From Clostridiales bacterium (lineage in GTDB: Bacteria; Bacillota; Clostridia; Christensenellales; HGM11417), in the NCBI GenBank assembly GCA_012519285.1, contig JAAYQN010000007.1, forward strand, positions 1,831 through 65,830: 64,000 nt of DNA, written 5' to 3'. Shown piece by piece: positions 1-8,623 of this stretch; position 1 is the first letter of the stretch, and the number at the start of each line of letters is the position of its first letter. The position numbers and the translations under genes were made by a program. The notes below the pieces were generated by a model. The model saw only the letters and a program-made list of their open reading frames with translations, did not search any database and was not told the origin of the DNA.

Positions 1-143
1 GCCCCGCGACCTGTTCGCGAGGGAAGAGCAAATTTCCGAAAAAGAGGAAATTCCCGACTTTTTAAAGGGCGAAGAGAACATAGAAATGATAAACTGAACA
101 AGCGCCCTGGCGATTTCAGCCAAAGAAAAACAATGTTTTTGAG

Positions 144-824
144 TTGCTTATGAAGAGATTGTTCAAAGCGCTGATACTGCCCGCCCTCTGCCTTGCCCTT
201 CTGCTCGGCGCGTGCGCTGTAGGGCAAAGCTGGGAAGAAGGCGGCTATGTCCTTCCCGATATAAGGGAGCCCTGCACGCCCCCGCCTGGCCGGGGAGATG
301 AGCTCCCGCCCAAGGGAAGCCCCGCACCCGTCCCAAGCCCTTCGCCAGGCCCGGCAGACCCTTCTCAAGCCATATCGATAACCAAAATCAGTTTTACCCC
401 AACGTATATCAATACACAGCCCATACCCTCCGGCAGCTCCTATTTCAGGTTCGGCGACGCCCCCCATATCTTGAAGTTCGAGATAGGGGTGGGCAAAGAG
501 CCTGTGGTGGACTTTTTGGCTGTGTTCGAGAGCGACCTTCCCCTCGTCGCCCCGCTGGGGCAGACCTTGGAGTTTGAGCTTGAGGAGCCTATATCCCTTG
601 AGCTGCCCCAGGGCGCGCCGCTCTACGCCTGCGTCGCCCTCGAGGTGCGATACTTCGACCCCACCGGCACCATACCCATGGGGAGGGCGAGCGGCATCAG
701 GATGGGGATAGAGGCCCAGCTTGATGAAGAATGCGCGCGCTTTACGGAAGTACGCCTCGACGACGACCTTTTCTCTTTCTCCTCATGTGGGATAGTATTT
801 GACCTGGAGCTGGGGTGGGGCTAA
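144..824 (+). CDS. putative lipoprotein, family not recognised
   Basis: 226-aa ORF. The N-terminus KRLFKALILPALCLALLLGAC has a charged n-region, a hydrophobic core and an L-G-A-C lipobox, followed by a Pro/Ser-rich linker PPKGSPAPVPSPSPGP. ATG at 150 is an alternative to TTG at 144. Confidence 0.5.
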   Translation: MLMKRLFKALILPALCLALLLGACAVGQSWEEGGYVLPDIREPCTPPPGRGDELPPKGSPAPVPSPSPGPADPSQAISITKISFTPTYINTQPIPSGSSYFRFGDAPHILKFEIGVGKEPVVDFLAVFESDLPLVAPLGQTLEFELEEPISLELPQGAPLYACVALEVRYFDPTGTIPMGRASGIRMGIEAQLDEECARFTEVRLDDDLFSFSSCGIVFDLELGWG

Positions 825-952
825 AGCTCCCTTTAATTTTCTTATAATATCCTTTCAGATAATGATGTAAAAAGTCGCCTTGTCTTCCCTCTTCGGAGCG
901 CGTATGCTGCCCGTCGGGGGGATTTTTTTTGGCATTTTTGCCGATGCGCGCT

Positions 953-960
953 CATATAAT
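953..960 (+). promoter_or_regulatory. candidate -10 element upstream of spoIVA (CATATAAT)
   Basis: CATATAAT lies 45 nt upstream of the spoIVA ATG. It resembles both the sigma-E -10 (CATACA-T) and the sigma-A TATAAT. No convincing -35 was seen. Confidence 0.25.
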
Positions 961-1005
961 CTACTGAATGGATTAACCTTTTTTTGGTCTTTCAAGGAGG
1001 ATTTT

Positions 1006-2484
1006 ATGGATAGATACGCCATCTACAACGACATAGCGAGGCGCACCGAGGGCGACATCTACGTGGGCGTGGTTGGGCCGGTGAGGACGGGCAAGTCCAC
1101 CTTTATAACCAAGTTCATGGAGAGCTTTGTCATCCCCAACATAAAGGACAAATACAAGAAGGACAGAGTGGTCGACGAGCTGCCGCAGGCGGGCGACGGC
1201 AAGACCATAACCACCACCCAGCCCAAATTCGTGCCCGGCGAGAGCGTGAGGGTGACGCTGAGGGAGGACATAAACGTCAACGTGCGCCTCATCGACTGCG
1301 TGGGCTACGTGGTCGAGGGAGCCATGGGCATAAGGGAAGGAGAGAAGCAGCGCCTCATCATGACTCCGTGGAGCGACGCCGACATGCCCTTTGAAAAGGC
1401 CGCCGAAATGGGCACCCAGAAGGTGATAAAGGACCATTCCACCATAGGCGTGCTGGTAACAACGGACGGCTCCATAACGGACATCCCGAGGGGAAGCTAC
1501 ATACCGGCTGAAGAGAGGGTGGTAAGGGAGCTTAAGGAGCTAAACAAGCCCTTCGTGATAGTGCTCAACTCCAAAAACCCCTCGAACGGCAATACCCAGA
1601 AGCTGCGCGATTCCCTCGAGGAAAAATACCAGGTGCCCGTGGTCTGCATCGACGTCACCAAGATGAGCGCCGACGAGATAGCGGGCATATTCGAGCGCGT
1701 GCTCATGGAATTCCCGCTGCGCCGCATGGACATAGAGCTCTCCGATTGGATGGGGGCTTTGCCAAAGGACAACGATACCATAAGGGAGATAATGGAACAG
1801 GCGGCGGAAGCCATCGCCGAAATGAGGAAGATGCGCGACTTCGAGCAGGCAAAGAAGCTCTTTACGGGCTCGCCGAAGTTCAACCCGCCCGAGGACTTCG
1901 ACGTATCGCTCGGCGAGGGCGCTATAAGGTTCAAGGTGTCGGCAAAGCCCGAGCTGTTCTACAAGGTGCTCTCGCAGATTGCCGGCGAGGCCATAGACAG
2001 CGATTTCAGAATTATGTCCTTCGTGGCAAATCTTGCCTCGAGCAAGAAGCATTACGACAGGATAAAGGAAGCGCTCGCCGACGTCGAGGCAAAGGGGTAC
2101 GGCGTGGTTACCCCCGGCATAGAGCAGTTGACGCTGGAAGAGCCCGAGATAGTAAAGAGCGGCGGAAGGTTCGGCTTGCGCCTCAAAGCGTCTGCCCCCA
2201 GCCTGCACATAATTAGGGTGGACATAAATACCGAGGTAAGTCCCATAGTGGGCACCGAACAGCAGAGCGAGGAGCTTGTGAAATACCTTCTCAGCGAATT
2301 TGAGAGCGACCCCAAGGGCATCTGGGAGACCAACATGTTCGGCAAACCCCTTCACAACCTCGTGAGGGAAGGCCTCACCAACAAGCTGCTCTCCATGCCC
2401 ACAGACGCTCAGAACAAGATGAGAAAGACCATAAGCCGAATCGTCAACGAGGGCAGGGGCGGCGTAATCTGCATACTGCTTTGA
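1006..2484 (+). CDS. spoIVA: stage IV sporulation protein A (SpoIVA ATPase)
   Basis: From ATG 1006 (AAGGAGG at 994-1000) the product starts MDRYAIYNDIARRTEGDIYVGVVGPVRTGKSTFI, the Walker-A N-terminus characteristic of SpoIVA. It is 492 aa. The 42 upstream codons in the ORF track have no RBS. Confidence 0.93.
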   Translation: MDRYAIYNDIARRTEGDIYVGVVGPVRTGKSTFITKFMESFVIPNIKDKYKKDRVVDELPQAGDGKTITTTQPKFVPGESVRVTLREDINVNVRLIDCVGYVVEGAMGIREGEKQRLIMTPWSDADMPFEKAAEMGTQKVIKDHSTIGVLVTTDGSITDIPRGSYIPAEERVVRELKELNKPFVIVLNSKNPSNGNTQKLRDSLEEKYQVPVVCIDVTKMSADEIAGIFERVLMEFPLRRMDIELSDWMGALPKDNDTIREIMEQAAEAIAEMRKMRDFEQAKKLFTGSPKFNPPEDFDVSLGEGAIRFKVSAKPELFYKVLSQIAGEAIDSDFRIMSFVANLASSKKHYDRIKEALADVEAKGYGVVTPGIEQLTLEEPEIVKSGGRFGLRLKASAPSLHIIRVDINTEVSPIVGTEQQSEELVKYLLSEFESDPKGIWETNMFGKPLHNLVREGLTNKLLSMPTDAQNKMRKTISRIVNEGRGGVICILL

Positions 2485-2512
2485 CGTAAAAATTCCCAAA
2501 AAAAAACAAAAA

Positions 2513-2541
2513 ATCCCGTGGCCCTCCACGGGATTTTATTT
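2513..2541 (+). terminator. rho-independent terminator after spoIVA
   Basis: Stem ATCCCGTGG / CCACGGGAT with a 4-nt loop, followed by TTTTATTT. Confidence 0.8.
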
Positions 2542-2718
2542 GCTTGCCAAGGGCTTTTCACGACACGTTGAGAATCAACAAACCGTTTTTTGACCCTCAT
2601 TCGACATTTTCCTTTGGCAACAAAATTCCCCGCCCTTAAAAAAAATTTCAGAGCCCTGGCGCTTGCCTTTAACAAATAAAAAGCACTGATTTGCGCAATA
2701 TATTGGTGGAGGTAGGTT

Positions 2719-3450
2719 ATGCCAGACTACTACATCAGCACCGACAAGAAATACCTCAGCCTCTTCGAGCTCTTGCTGAAAAAGCTCGAGGAGATAATGG
2801 AGGAGTTTAACGCATATATCGTGGTCAAAGAGATGTGCGGCAGGCGCTACGCCAAGGTTCACAGCAAAAAGGAGAGCCTCGACGACGTAATGCTCCTCAT
2901 CAAAGACATCTTCTGCGACATAATCCTCATAAATTACAAGTATCTCTTTTTCAGAAAGCACCTTGCCGTGAAGATATCCGACAAGCAGCTGGAGAACCTT
3001 TTCTTCACTTCGGTGATGCTTTACGACAAGGATTATGACCAAACCCTGCTCGACATAGACGGCATTGCCGAGCGCGAGCTGACGATAGACGGCATAATGC
3101 GCTTTTGCATAAGCGACCTTTTGACAAGGTGGAAGAATATCGCCGAGATACTTTCAGAAAACTTTTACGGCGACAGCGACAGGGAAGCCATCTACGAATT
3201 CATAAAGCACATCGTCTACTCCATGCCCAGCAATGCGGAAGAGGTCAACGTGTACCGCACGGGCAGCGGCTACGTCATCATGGACGGCGACGGCAGGAGC
3301 ATAGCCGACTTCGAGACATCCAGCAGCGGGGAGCTCGCGTCGAGGATACTCTTCGTCAACCCCGCCGCCATCAACTTCAGAGACCCCTGCGACCGCCAGA
3401 CCATGATCTTCCTCAAAAATATTTTCAGCGACAGAATAAGATTTTATTGA
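2719..3450 (+). CDS. YtxC-like putative sporulation protein (assigned mainly by synteny)
   Basis: 243-aa ORF with GGTGGAGG upstream, immediately 5' of thrS. This is the position occupied by ytxC in Bacillus subtilis. The sequence itself is not diagnostic to my eye. Confidence 0.4.
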   Translation: MPDYYISTDKKYLSLFELLLKKLEEIMEEFNAYIVVKEMCGRRYAKVHSKKESLDDVMLLIKDIFCDIILINYKYLFFRKHLAVKISDKQLENLFFTSVMLYDKDYDQTLLDIDGIAERELTIDGIMRFCISDLLTRWKNIAEILSENFYGDSDREAIYEFIKHIVYSMPSNAEEVNVYRTGSGYVIMDGDGRSIADFETSSSGELASRILFVNPAAINFRDPCDRQTMIFLKNIFSDRIRFY

Positions 3451-3474
3451 CAAATCCTCCCCCGGGTGTATAAT
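3447..3474 (+). promoter_or_regulatory. sigma-A-type promoter of the thrS leader
   Basis: TTGACA (3447-3452), 16-nt spacer, TATAAT (3469-3474). Confidence 0.7.
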
Positions 3475-3479
3475 ATATA

Positions 3480-3747
3480 AAAAGCGGGCTGCCTTTTTTT
3501 AGGCAGCGAAAACCCCATAGGGTCGCACGGTAAGAGACAAGTAGCCCCTTTGCGGGAAATAAAGAGAGCGGCTGGCTGGTGCGAATGCCGTATTTCCTCA
3601 AGGTGCGCGAAACCACTTTTGCTTGATCCGCCTCCTCATGCGGGCTAAAGGCATGAAAGAGTGGCCGGAAATGCTTTTCGGCAATTAAGGTGGAACCGCG
3701 GGAGTAAACCGTCCTTAAAACTTTAAGTTTTAAGGATTTTTTGTTTT
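3480..3747 (+). promoter_or_regulatory. T-box leader (tRNA-Thr-responsive) with terminator/antiterminator
   Basis: Conserved T-box sequence AATTAAGGTGGAACCGCGGGAG at about 3683-3704. An AGAGAG stem-I element and a candidate ACC specifier (3612-3614) are present. Terminator TCCTTAAAAC/GTTTTAAGGA plus T6 lies at 3712-3742, directly upstream of thrS. Confidence 0.85.
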
Positions 3748-3773
3748 GGAGAGAATTTTTCGGGAGGGTGTAT

Positions 3774-5696
3774 ATGAAACTCACTTTGAAGGACGGCAGC
3801 GTCAGGGATTTTGCGGACGGCATCACGGCGCTCGAGGCCGCCGCCTCGATAAGCGAGGGGCTGGCAAGAGCCGCCGTCGCCGCAAAGGTTGACGGCAGGC
3901 TGGTCGGGCTCGATTACAAGATAGAGGGCGACCGCAGGCTTGAAATCTTGACATTCAATGACGAGGAGGGAAAGGAAGTCTACAGGCACACCTGCGCCCA
4001 CGTGCTCGCACACGCCGTAAAGAGCATTTATCCCACCTGCAAGCTGGCGATAGGTCCCGCAATAAAGAACGGTTTCTACTACGACTTTGACTTCAGGACG
4101 CCCATAACCTCAGCCGACCTCGAGAAGATCGAAAAGGAGATGGCAAGGATTATTAAGGCCAACCTTCCCATAAAGAGGATGGAGGTGAGCAAAGGAGAGG
4201 CGCTTAAGCTCATGCGGGAGGAGTCCTACAAGCAGGAACTCATCCACGAGCTGCCCGGGGATGAGGTGATATCCTTCTACAAGCAGGGGGATTTCATCGA
4301 CCTTTGCAGGGGCCCCCACCTTCCCTCGACGGGCAGGATAAAGGCATTCAGGCTCACCATGCTGGCGGGCGCCTACTGGCGGGGCGACGAGAAGAACAAG
4401 ATGCTCACGAGGATTTACGGCACCGCCTTCGACAAAAAGAGCGAGCTGGAAGAGTATTTGGCGCAGGTGGAGGAGGCAAAGAAGAGGGACCACAACAGGC
4501 TTGGCAGGGAGCTTGAGATATTCATGACTGACGAGAACATCGGGCAGGGCCTGCCCCTGCTCATGCCAAACGGCGCCAAGATGATGCAGATTCTTCAGCG
4601 CTTCGTCGAGGACGAGGAGGAGAGGAGAGGGTACTTTCTCACCATGACCCCCTACCTTGCCAAAAGCAACCTGTACCAGATATCAGGCCACTGGGACCAC
4701 TACCGCGACAAGATGTTCGTGATGGGAAATGAAGGCGACGACGAGGTGCTGGCGCTTCGCCCCATGACCTGCCCTTTTCAGTACATGATTTACAAAAACG
4801 GCCTAAAGAGCTACCGCGACCTTCCCATAAGGTACGTCGAGACCTCAAAGCTCTTCAGAAACGAGGGGAGCGGCGAGATGCATGGCCTCATCAGGGTAAG
4901 GCAGTTCACGCTCTCGGACGGTCACATAATATGCACCCCCGAGCAGCTTGAGGAAGAGTTCAAGGGCGCCCTTGACCTCGTTTATTACATGCTCGACTGC
5001 CTGGGGCTGAGGGAAGAGGTTTCCTTCTGCTTCTCCAAATGGGATAAAGGCGACAGGGAAAAGTACATCGGCACCGAGGAGCAGTGGGAGCGGACGCAGG
5101 GAATAATGAGGAATATCCTGGATCACCTCGGCATAGAGTACGTCGAGGCGGACGGCGAGGCGGCGTTTTACGGCCCCAAGCTCGACATTCAGGCAAAGAA
5201 CGTATACGGCAAGGAAGACACCATAATAACCATTCAGATAGACCTCTTCCTCGCCGAAAAGTTCGACATGACATACATTGACCAGGACGGCCAGAGAAAG
5301 TACCCCATAATAATACACAGAAGCTCGATCGGCTGCTACGAGAGAACGCTCGCCATGCTCATAGAAAAGTACGCGGGCGCCTTCCCCCTGTGGATAAGCC
5401 CCGTGCAGGTGAAAGTGATGAGCATAACCGACAGGACAGCTCAGCACGCCTCTGATTTTGCTAATAAGCTAAAATCCATGGGCATAAGGGCTGAGGCCGA
5501 CTTGAGGTCGGAAAAGATCGGCTACAAGATAAGGATAGCGCAGCTTGCAAAGGTCCCCTACATGGTCATAATCGGCGACAAGGAGGCGGAAAACGGCACT
5601 ATTTCCGTAAGGAGCAGAAAGGACGGCGACCTTGGCGCCATGGACGAGGGACAATTCATCTCCCGCATCTTGCGGGAAATCGCTTCAAAGACTTAA
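3774..5696 (+). CDS. thrS: threonine--tRNA ligase
   Basis: Starts MKLTLKDGSVRDF (TGS domain) from ATG 3774 with GGGAGGG at 3762-3768. Class II synthetase motifs are visible (RPMTCP, FRNEGSGEMHGLIRVRQFT), plus a C-terminal anticodon-binding domain. Confidence 0.95.
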   Translation: MKLTLKDGSVRDFADGITALEAAASISEGLARAAVAAKVDGRLVGLDYKIEGDRRLEILTFNDEEGKEVYRHTCAHVLAHAVKSIYPTCKLAIGPAIKNGFYYDFDFRTPITSADLEKIEKEMARIIKANLPIKRMEVSKGEALKLMREESYKQELIHELPGDEVISFYKQGDFIDLCRGPHLPSTGRIKAFRLTMLAGAYWRGDEKNKMLTRIYGTAFDKKSELEEYLAQVEEAKKRDHNRLGRELEIFMTDENIGQGLPLLMPNGAKMMQILQRFVEDEEERRGYFLTMTPYLAKSNLYQISGHWDHYRDKMFVMGNEGDDEVLALRPMTCPFQYMIYKNGLKSYRDLPIRYVETSKLFRNEGSGEMHGLIRVRQFTLSDGHIICTPEQLEEEFKGALDLVYYMLDCLGLREEVSFCFSKWDKGDREKYIGTEEQWERTQGIMRNILDHLGIEYVEADGEAAFYGPKLDIQAKNVYGKEDTIITIQIDLFLAEKFDMTYIDQDGQRKYPIIIHRSSIGCYERTLAMLIEKYAGAFPLWISPVQVKVMSITDRTAQHASDFANKLKSMGIRAEADLRSEKIGYKIRIAQLAKVPYMVIIGDKEAENGTISVRSRKDGDLGAMDEGQFISRILREIASKT

Positions 5697-5722
5697 AAAA
5701 CGGCGATATGGTGTTTAAACGT

Positions 5723-5751
5723 TTGACACGGGGCGGCCTGTTTGGTAAAAT
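5723..5751 (+). promoter_or_regulatory. sigma-A-type promoter of the infC-rpmI-rplT operon
   Basis: TTGACA (5723-5728), 17-nt spacer, TAAAAT (5746-5751). Confidence 0.7.
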
Positions 5752-5754
5752 ATT

Positions 5755-5870
5755 ACCTAAGCAGAAATTACCGTTTCTCACCGTACAGGTCTCGTCTTGG
5801 TACGGTTCCCATACGCGAAGGCTGCGCTCGTGATTTGTGCGGACGGTATTTTGCTGTCCGCTTTTATATT
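5755..5870 (+). promoter_or_regulatory. L20-type ribosomal-protein leader with attenuator hairpin
   Basis: Structured leader between the promoter and infC. It has a hairpin ACCGTAC...GTACGGT and a terminator-like GCGGAC...GTCCGC plus TTTT (5839-5865). Position and architecture match the Firmicute L20 leader. I did not verify the covariation model. Confidence 0.5.
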
Positions 5871-5902
5871 CTAAAAAGCAGTTAAAAGGGGAGGAAAAGG
5901 GT

Positions 5903-6415
5903 ATTAAAAAAGAGCATCAGGTCAATCGCGAGATAAGGGATCGCGAGGTAAGGGTCATCGCTCCAGACGGCAGGCAGCTCGGCATCATGCCGATTGCCAA
6001 AGCGCTCGGGCTTGCGGAAGAGAGCGAGCTGGATTTGGTTAAGATAGCCCCCAAAGCAAATCCGCCGGTGTGCAAGATAATGGATTACGGCAAGTTCAAA
6101 TTCGAGCAGGCCAAGCGGGAGAAGGAGGCGCGCAAGAACCAAAAGCTTGTGGAAATAAAGGAGATCTGGCTCTCCATGACTATCGACACCAACGACCTCA
6201 ACGTCAAGGCAAAGCACGCGAGGAAGTTCCTCGAGGATGGCGCCAAGGTCAAGGTCTCCATAAGGATGAAGGGGAGGCAGCAGGCCCACCCCGAGATTGG
6301 GATAGAGGTAATGAACAGGTTTTACGACATTTTAAAGGACGTATGCGTCATGGAGAGGGCTCCCTTGAGGGATGGCAGGACCATCCTGATGATACTGGCG
6401 ACCAATAAAAAATAG
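5903..6415 (+). CDS. infC: translation initiation factor IF-3 (probable AUU start)
   Basis: The IF-3 sequence ([23 protein letters not shown]..., C-terminal domain) is in frame. GGGGAGG at 5888-5894 sits 8 nt upstream of ATT 5903. The GTG-started ORF from 5837 would run through the attenuator hairpin. Confidence 0.85.
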   Translation: MKKEHQVNREIRDREVRVIAPDGRQLGIMPIAKALGLAEESELDLVKIAPKANPPVCKIMDYGKFKFEQAKREKEARKNQKLVEIKEIWLSMTIDTNDLNVKAKHARKFLEDGAKVKVSIRMKGRQQAHPEIGIEVMNRFYDILKDVCVMERAPLRDGRTILMILATNKK

Positions 6416-6440
6416 ACAGCAATTTCAGGAGGAATATACT

Positions 6441-6641
6441 ATGCCGAAAATGAAGACCCACAGAGGTGCCGCCAAGCGTTTTAAGGTCACGGCAAGCGGC
6501 AAGATAAAGAGGGCCAAGAGCAACAAAAACCACATTCTCACCAAGAAAGACCGCAAGAGAAAGAGAAATCTCAGGAAAGGCGGCTTCGTTCACGATTCCA
6601 TGAAGAAGAACGTAGATAAGCTGCTGCCATATTTAACTTGA
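6441..6641 (+). CDS. rpmI: 50S ribosomal protein L35
   Basis: [24 protein letters not shown], 66 aa, RBS AGGAGG. Confidence 0.95.
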   Translation: MPKMKTHRGAAKRFKVTASGKIKRAKSNKNHILTKKDRKRKRNLRKGGFVHDSMKKNVDKLLPYLT

Positions 6642-6657
6642 CAGGAGGAAGTGAAAA

Positions 6658-7014
6658 ATGCCGAGAATAAAGAGGGCTGTAAACGCCGTAAAGAAGCGCA
6701 GGAAGATATTGAAGCTCGCGAAAGGCTACTGGGGCAGAAAGAGCAAGAACTACCGCATAGCGCACGAAGCGGTGATGAAATCTTTCAACTACGCCTTCAT
6801 CGGGAGAAAGCACAGGAAGAGGGATTTCCGCAGGCTGTGGATAGCGAGGATAAACGCCGCCGCACGCATGTGCGATATATCTTACAGCAAGCTGATGCAT
6901 GGGCTGAAGCTTGCCGGCATTAACCTCAACAGGAAGATGCTCTCCGAACTTGCGGTAAACGACTTCGAGGCCTTCAAGGCTCTCGCCGAAACCGCAAAAT
7001 CCAGGATAGCCTGA
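6658..7014 (+). CDS. rplT: 50S ribosomal protein L20
   Basis: [26 protein letters not shown], 118 aa, RBS AGGAGG. Confidence 0.95.
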   Translation: MPRIKRAVNAVKKRRKILKLAKGYWGRKSKNYRIAHEAVMKSFNYAFIGRKHRKRDFRRLWIARINAAARMCDISYSKLMHGLKLAGINLNRKMLSELAVNDFEAFKALAETAKSRIA

Positions 7015-7022
7015 AGAAAAAA

Positions 7023-7056
7023 AAGCCTTTCGATAATAGCGAAGGCTTTTTTTAAT
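7023..7056 (+). terminator. rho-independent terminator after rplT
   Basis: AAGCCTTTCG...CGAAGGCTT hairpin followed by a T7 run. Confidence 0.8.
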
Positions 7057-7123
7057 CAGGCCGTTGGCTTAGGATTCGATTAAATATTTGATAAAATAAA
7101 GGTTTTTTGGTATCCTTTATTAG

Positions 7124-7861
7124 ATGAAGTATATCACATCCGCCGACAATAACCTTATTAAGATAGCCGCCTCGCTCAAGGAGAAAAAGTACAGGCAAAA
7201 ATACGGGCTGTACGTGATTGAGGGATTGCGTGCGGTAAAGGATGCGGTTGAAGCGGGCGCCGAAATCGAATGCGTGTTCGCGGAAGAAGGGCAGCAGTTC
7301 GACCTATACGACGCCACCCAAGAGGTGTATATAGTCCCCTCAAGGCTGATGGAAAAGATATGTGGCACCGCCACCCCGCAGGGGATAGCGGCGCTCGCGA
7401 GGATAAAAACGCCAAAGCTGGGCGCGCTTTCGTGGTGCCTTGTGCTCGACAGGCTTTCCGACCCGGGGAACCTCGGCACCATCATAAGGACTGCGGCGGC
7501 TTGCGGGGTAAGGGACATCATCCTCTGCGGCTGCGCCGACCCGTACAACCCAAAGTGCGTGAGAGCCACCATGGGCGGGCTCAACTACGTAAACCTCTTT
7601 GAGATGGAAGCCGAAAAGGCGATCGATGCCGTAAAGGGCGCGGGCATCCCGCTCCTTTGCGCCGACATGGGCGGGAAAAACATATTTGAGAGAAAAAAAC
7701 AGGATAATTTCGCGCTCGTAATAGGCAGCGAGGCTCACGGCATGGGCGAGGCGTTTTTAAAGGCGTGCGATGAGGTGATAAGCCTTCCCATGCGAAACGT
7801 GGAATCCCTCAACGCCGCGGTGTGCGCCTCGGTCATGATGTATTTGCTCATACACTCATAA
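7124..7861 (+). CDS. TrmH/SpoU-family RNA 2'-O-methyltransferase
   Basis: 245 aa. SpoU methylase motifs are present (LDRLSDPGNLGTIIRTAAACG, IGSEAHGM, PMRNVESLNAAVCASVMMY). It occupies the same position as ysgA downstream of rplT in Bacillus. Confidence 0.8.
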   Translation: MKYITSADNNLIKIAASLKEKKYRQKYGLYVIEGLRAVKDAVEAGAEIECVFAEEGQQFDLYDATQEVYIVPSRLMEKICGTATPQGIAALARIKTPKLGALSWCLVLDRLSDPGNLGTIIRTAAACGVRDIILCGCADPYNPKCVRATMGGLNYVNLFEMEAEKAIDAVKGAGIPLLCADMGGKNIFERKKQDNFALVIGSEAHGMGEAFLKACDEVISLPMRNVESLNAAVCASVMMYLLIHS

Positions 7862-7877
7862 CATAGAGGAGAAAACT

Positions 7878-8612
7878 ATGGCAGGACACAGCAAATGGGC
7901 CAACATTAAGCACAGGAAGGCAAAGGGAGACGCCCAGAGGGCGAAGATATTCACCAAGATAGGAAGGGAAATAGCCGTCGCGGTAAAGCAGGGCGGCTCC
8001 GATCCCGAAGTCAACTCAAGGCTTAAAGACGCCATCACCAAGGCAAAGGCAAACAACATGCCGGGCGAGAATATCCAGCGCTCCATAAAGAAAGCGGCGG
8101 GCGAGCTGTCCAGCATAAACTACGAGTCCATAACCTACGAGGGCTACGGCGTAAGCGGCGCCGCCGTCATCGTGGAGTGCCTCACCGACAACAAGAACCG
8201 CACCGTGGGCGACATAAGGCACTACTTCGACAAATACGGCGGGTCGCTCGGAGCGCAGAACTGCGTCTCCTTCATGTTCGACAGAAAAGGCGTGGTGACC
8301 TTAGAGCGCGGCCCCGACATGTCTGAGGACCAGCTCATCGAGGACGCGCTCGAGGCGGGCGCAGACGACGTGGAGACCGAGGACGACGTGTTTGTCATAT
8401 ATTGCGACCCCGCCAGCCTTTCACAGGTCAAGGGCAGCCTCGAGAAAAAGTACAGCATATCCGAGGCGGAAATCGATTATTTCCCGCAGACAACCGTAAA
8501 GCTCGAGGGAGAAAACCTCGAGAAATTCCTCAAGATGATAGAGTGCTTCGAGGATCTCGACGACGTGCAGAACGTTTACCACAACATCGAGCTGCCCGAG
8601 GAGGCGGAATAG
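7878..8612 (+). CDS. yebC: YebC/PmpR-family DNA-binding regulator
   Basis: MAGHSKWANIKHRKAKGDAQRAKIFTKIGREI is the hallmark N-terminus of the family. 244 aa. Confidence 0.92.
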   Translation: MAGHSKWANIKHRKAKGDAQRAKIFTKIGREIAVAVKQGGSDPEVNSRLKDAITKAKANNMPGENIQRSIKKAAGELSSINYESITYEGYGVSGAAVIVECLTDNKNRTVGDIRHYFDKYGGSLGAQNCVSFMFDRKGVVTLERGPDMSEDQLIEDALEAGADDVETEDDVFVIYCDPASLSQVKGSLEKKYSISEAEIDYFPQTTVKLEGENLEKFLKMIECFEDLDDVQNVYHNIELPEEAE

Positions 8613-8623
8613 GAGGGAGGATT

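Noticed and set aside
1-97. Open frame running from the window edge to TGA at 95-97 (…EEQISEKEEIPDFLKGEENIEMIN*), possibly the 3' end of an upstream gene
   Set aside because: Only about 32 codons are visible and I recognise no motif, so it cannot be supported as a feature.
1540-2529. 329-aa antisense ORF across spoIVA, with many similar ones (10694-11278, 35462-36205, 45491-46159, 59875-60609, 24580-25128, 38402-38815 and others)
   Set aside because: Each lies fully inside a confidently identified gene on the other strand and has Arg/Gly/His/Leu-rich low-complexity translations with no RBS. They are shadow ORFs produced by the purine-rich codon bias.
5837-5902. GTG-initiated extension of infC
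   Set aside because: It would encode through the leader attenuator hairpin, and the RBS is positioned for the ATT at 5903.
8402-8623. 74-codon N-terminal extension of proA in the ORF track
   Set aside because: It overlaps the yebC coding region, its translation is Arg/Gly junk, and a strong RBS precedes the internal ATG at 8624.
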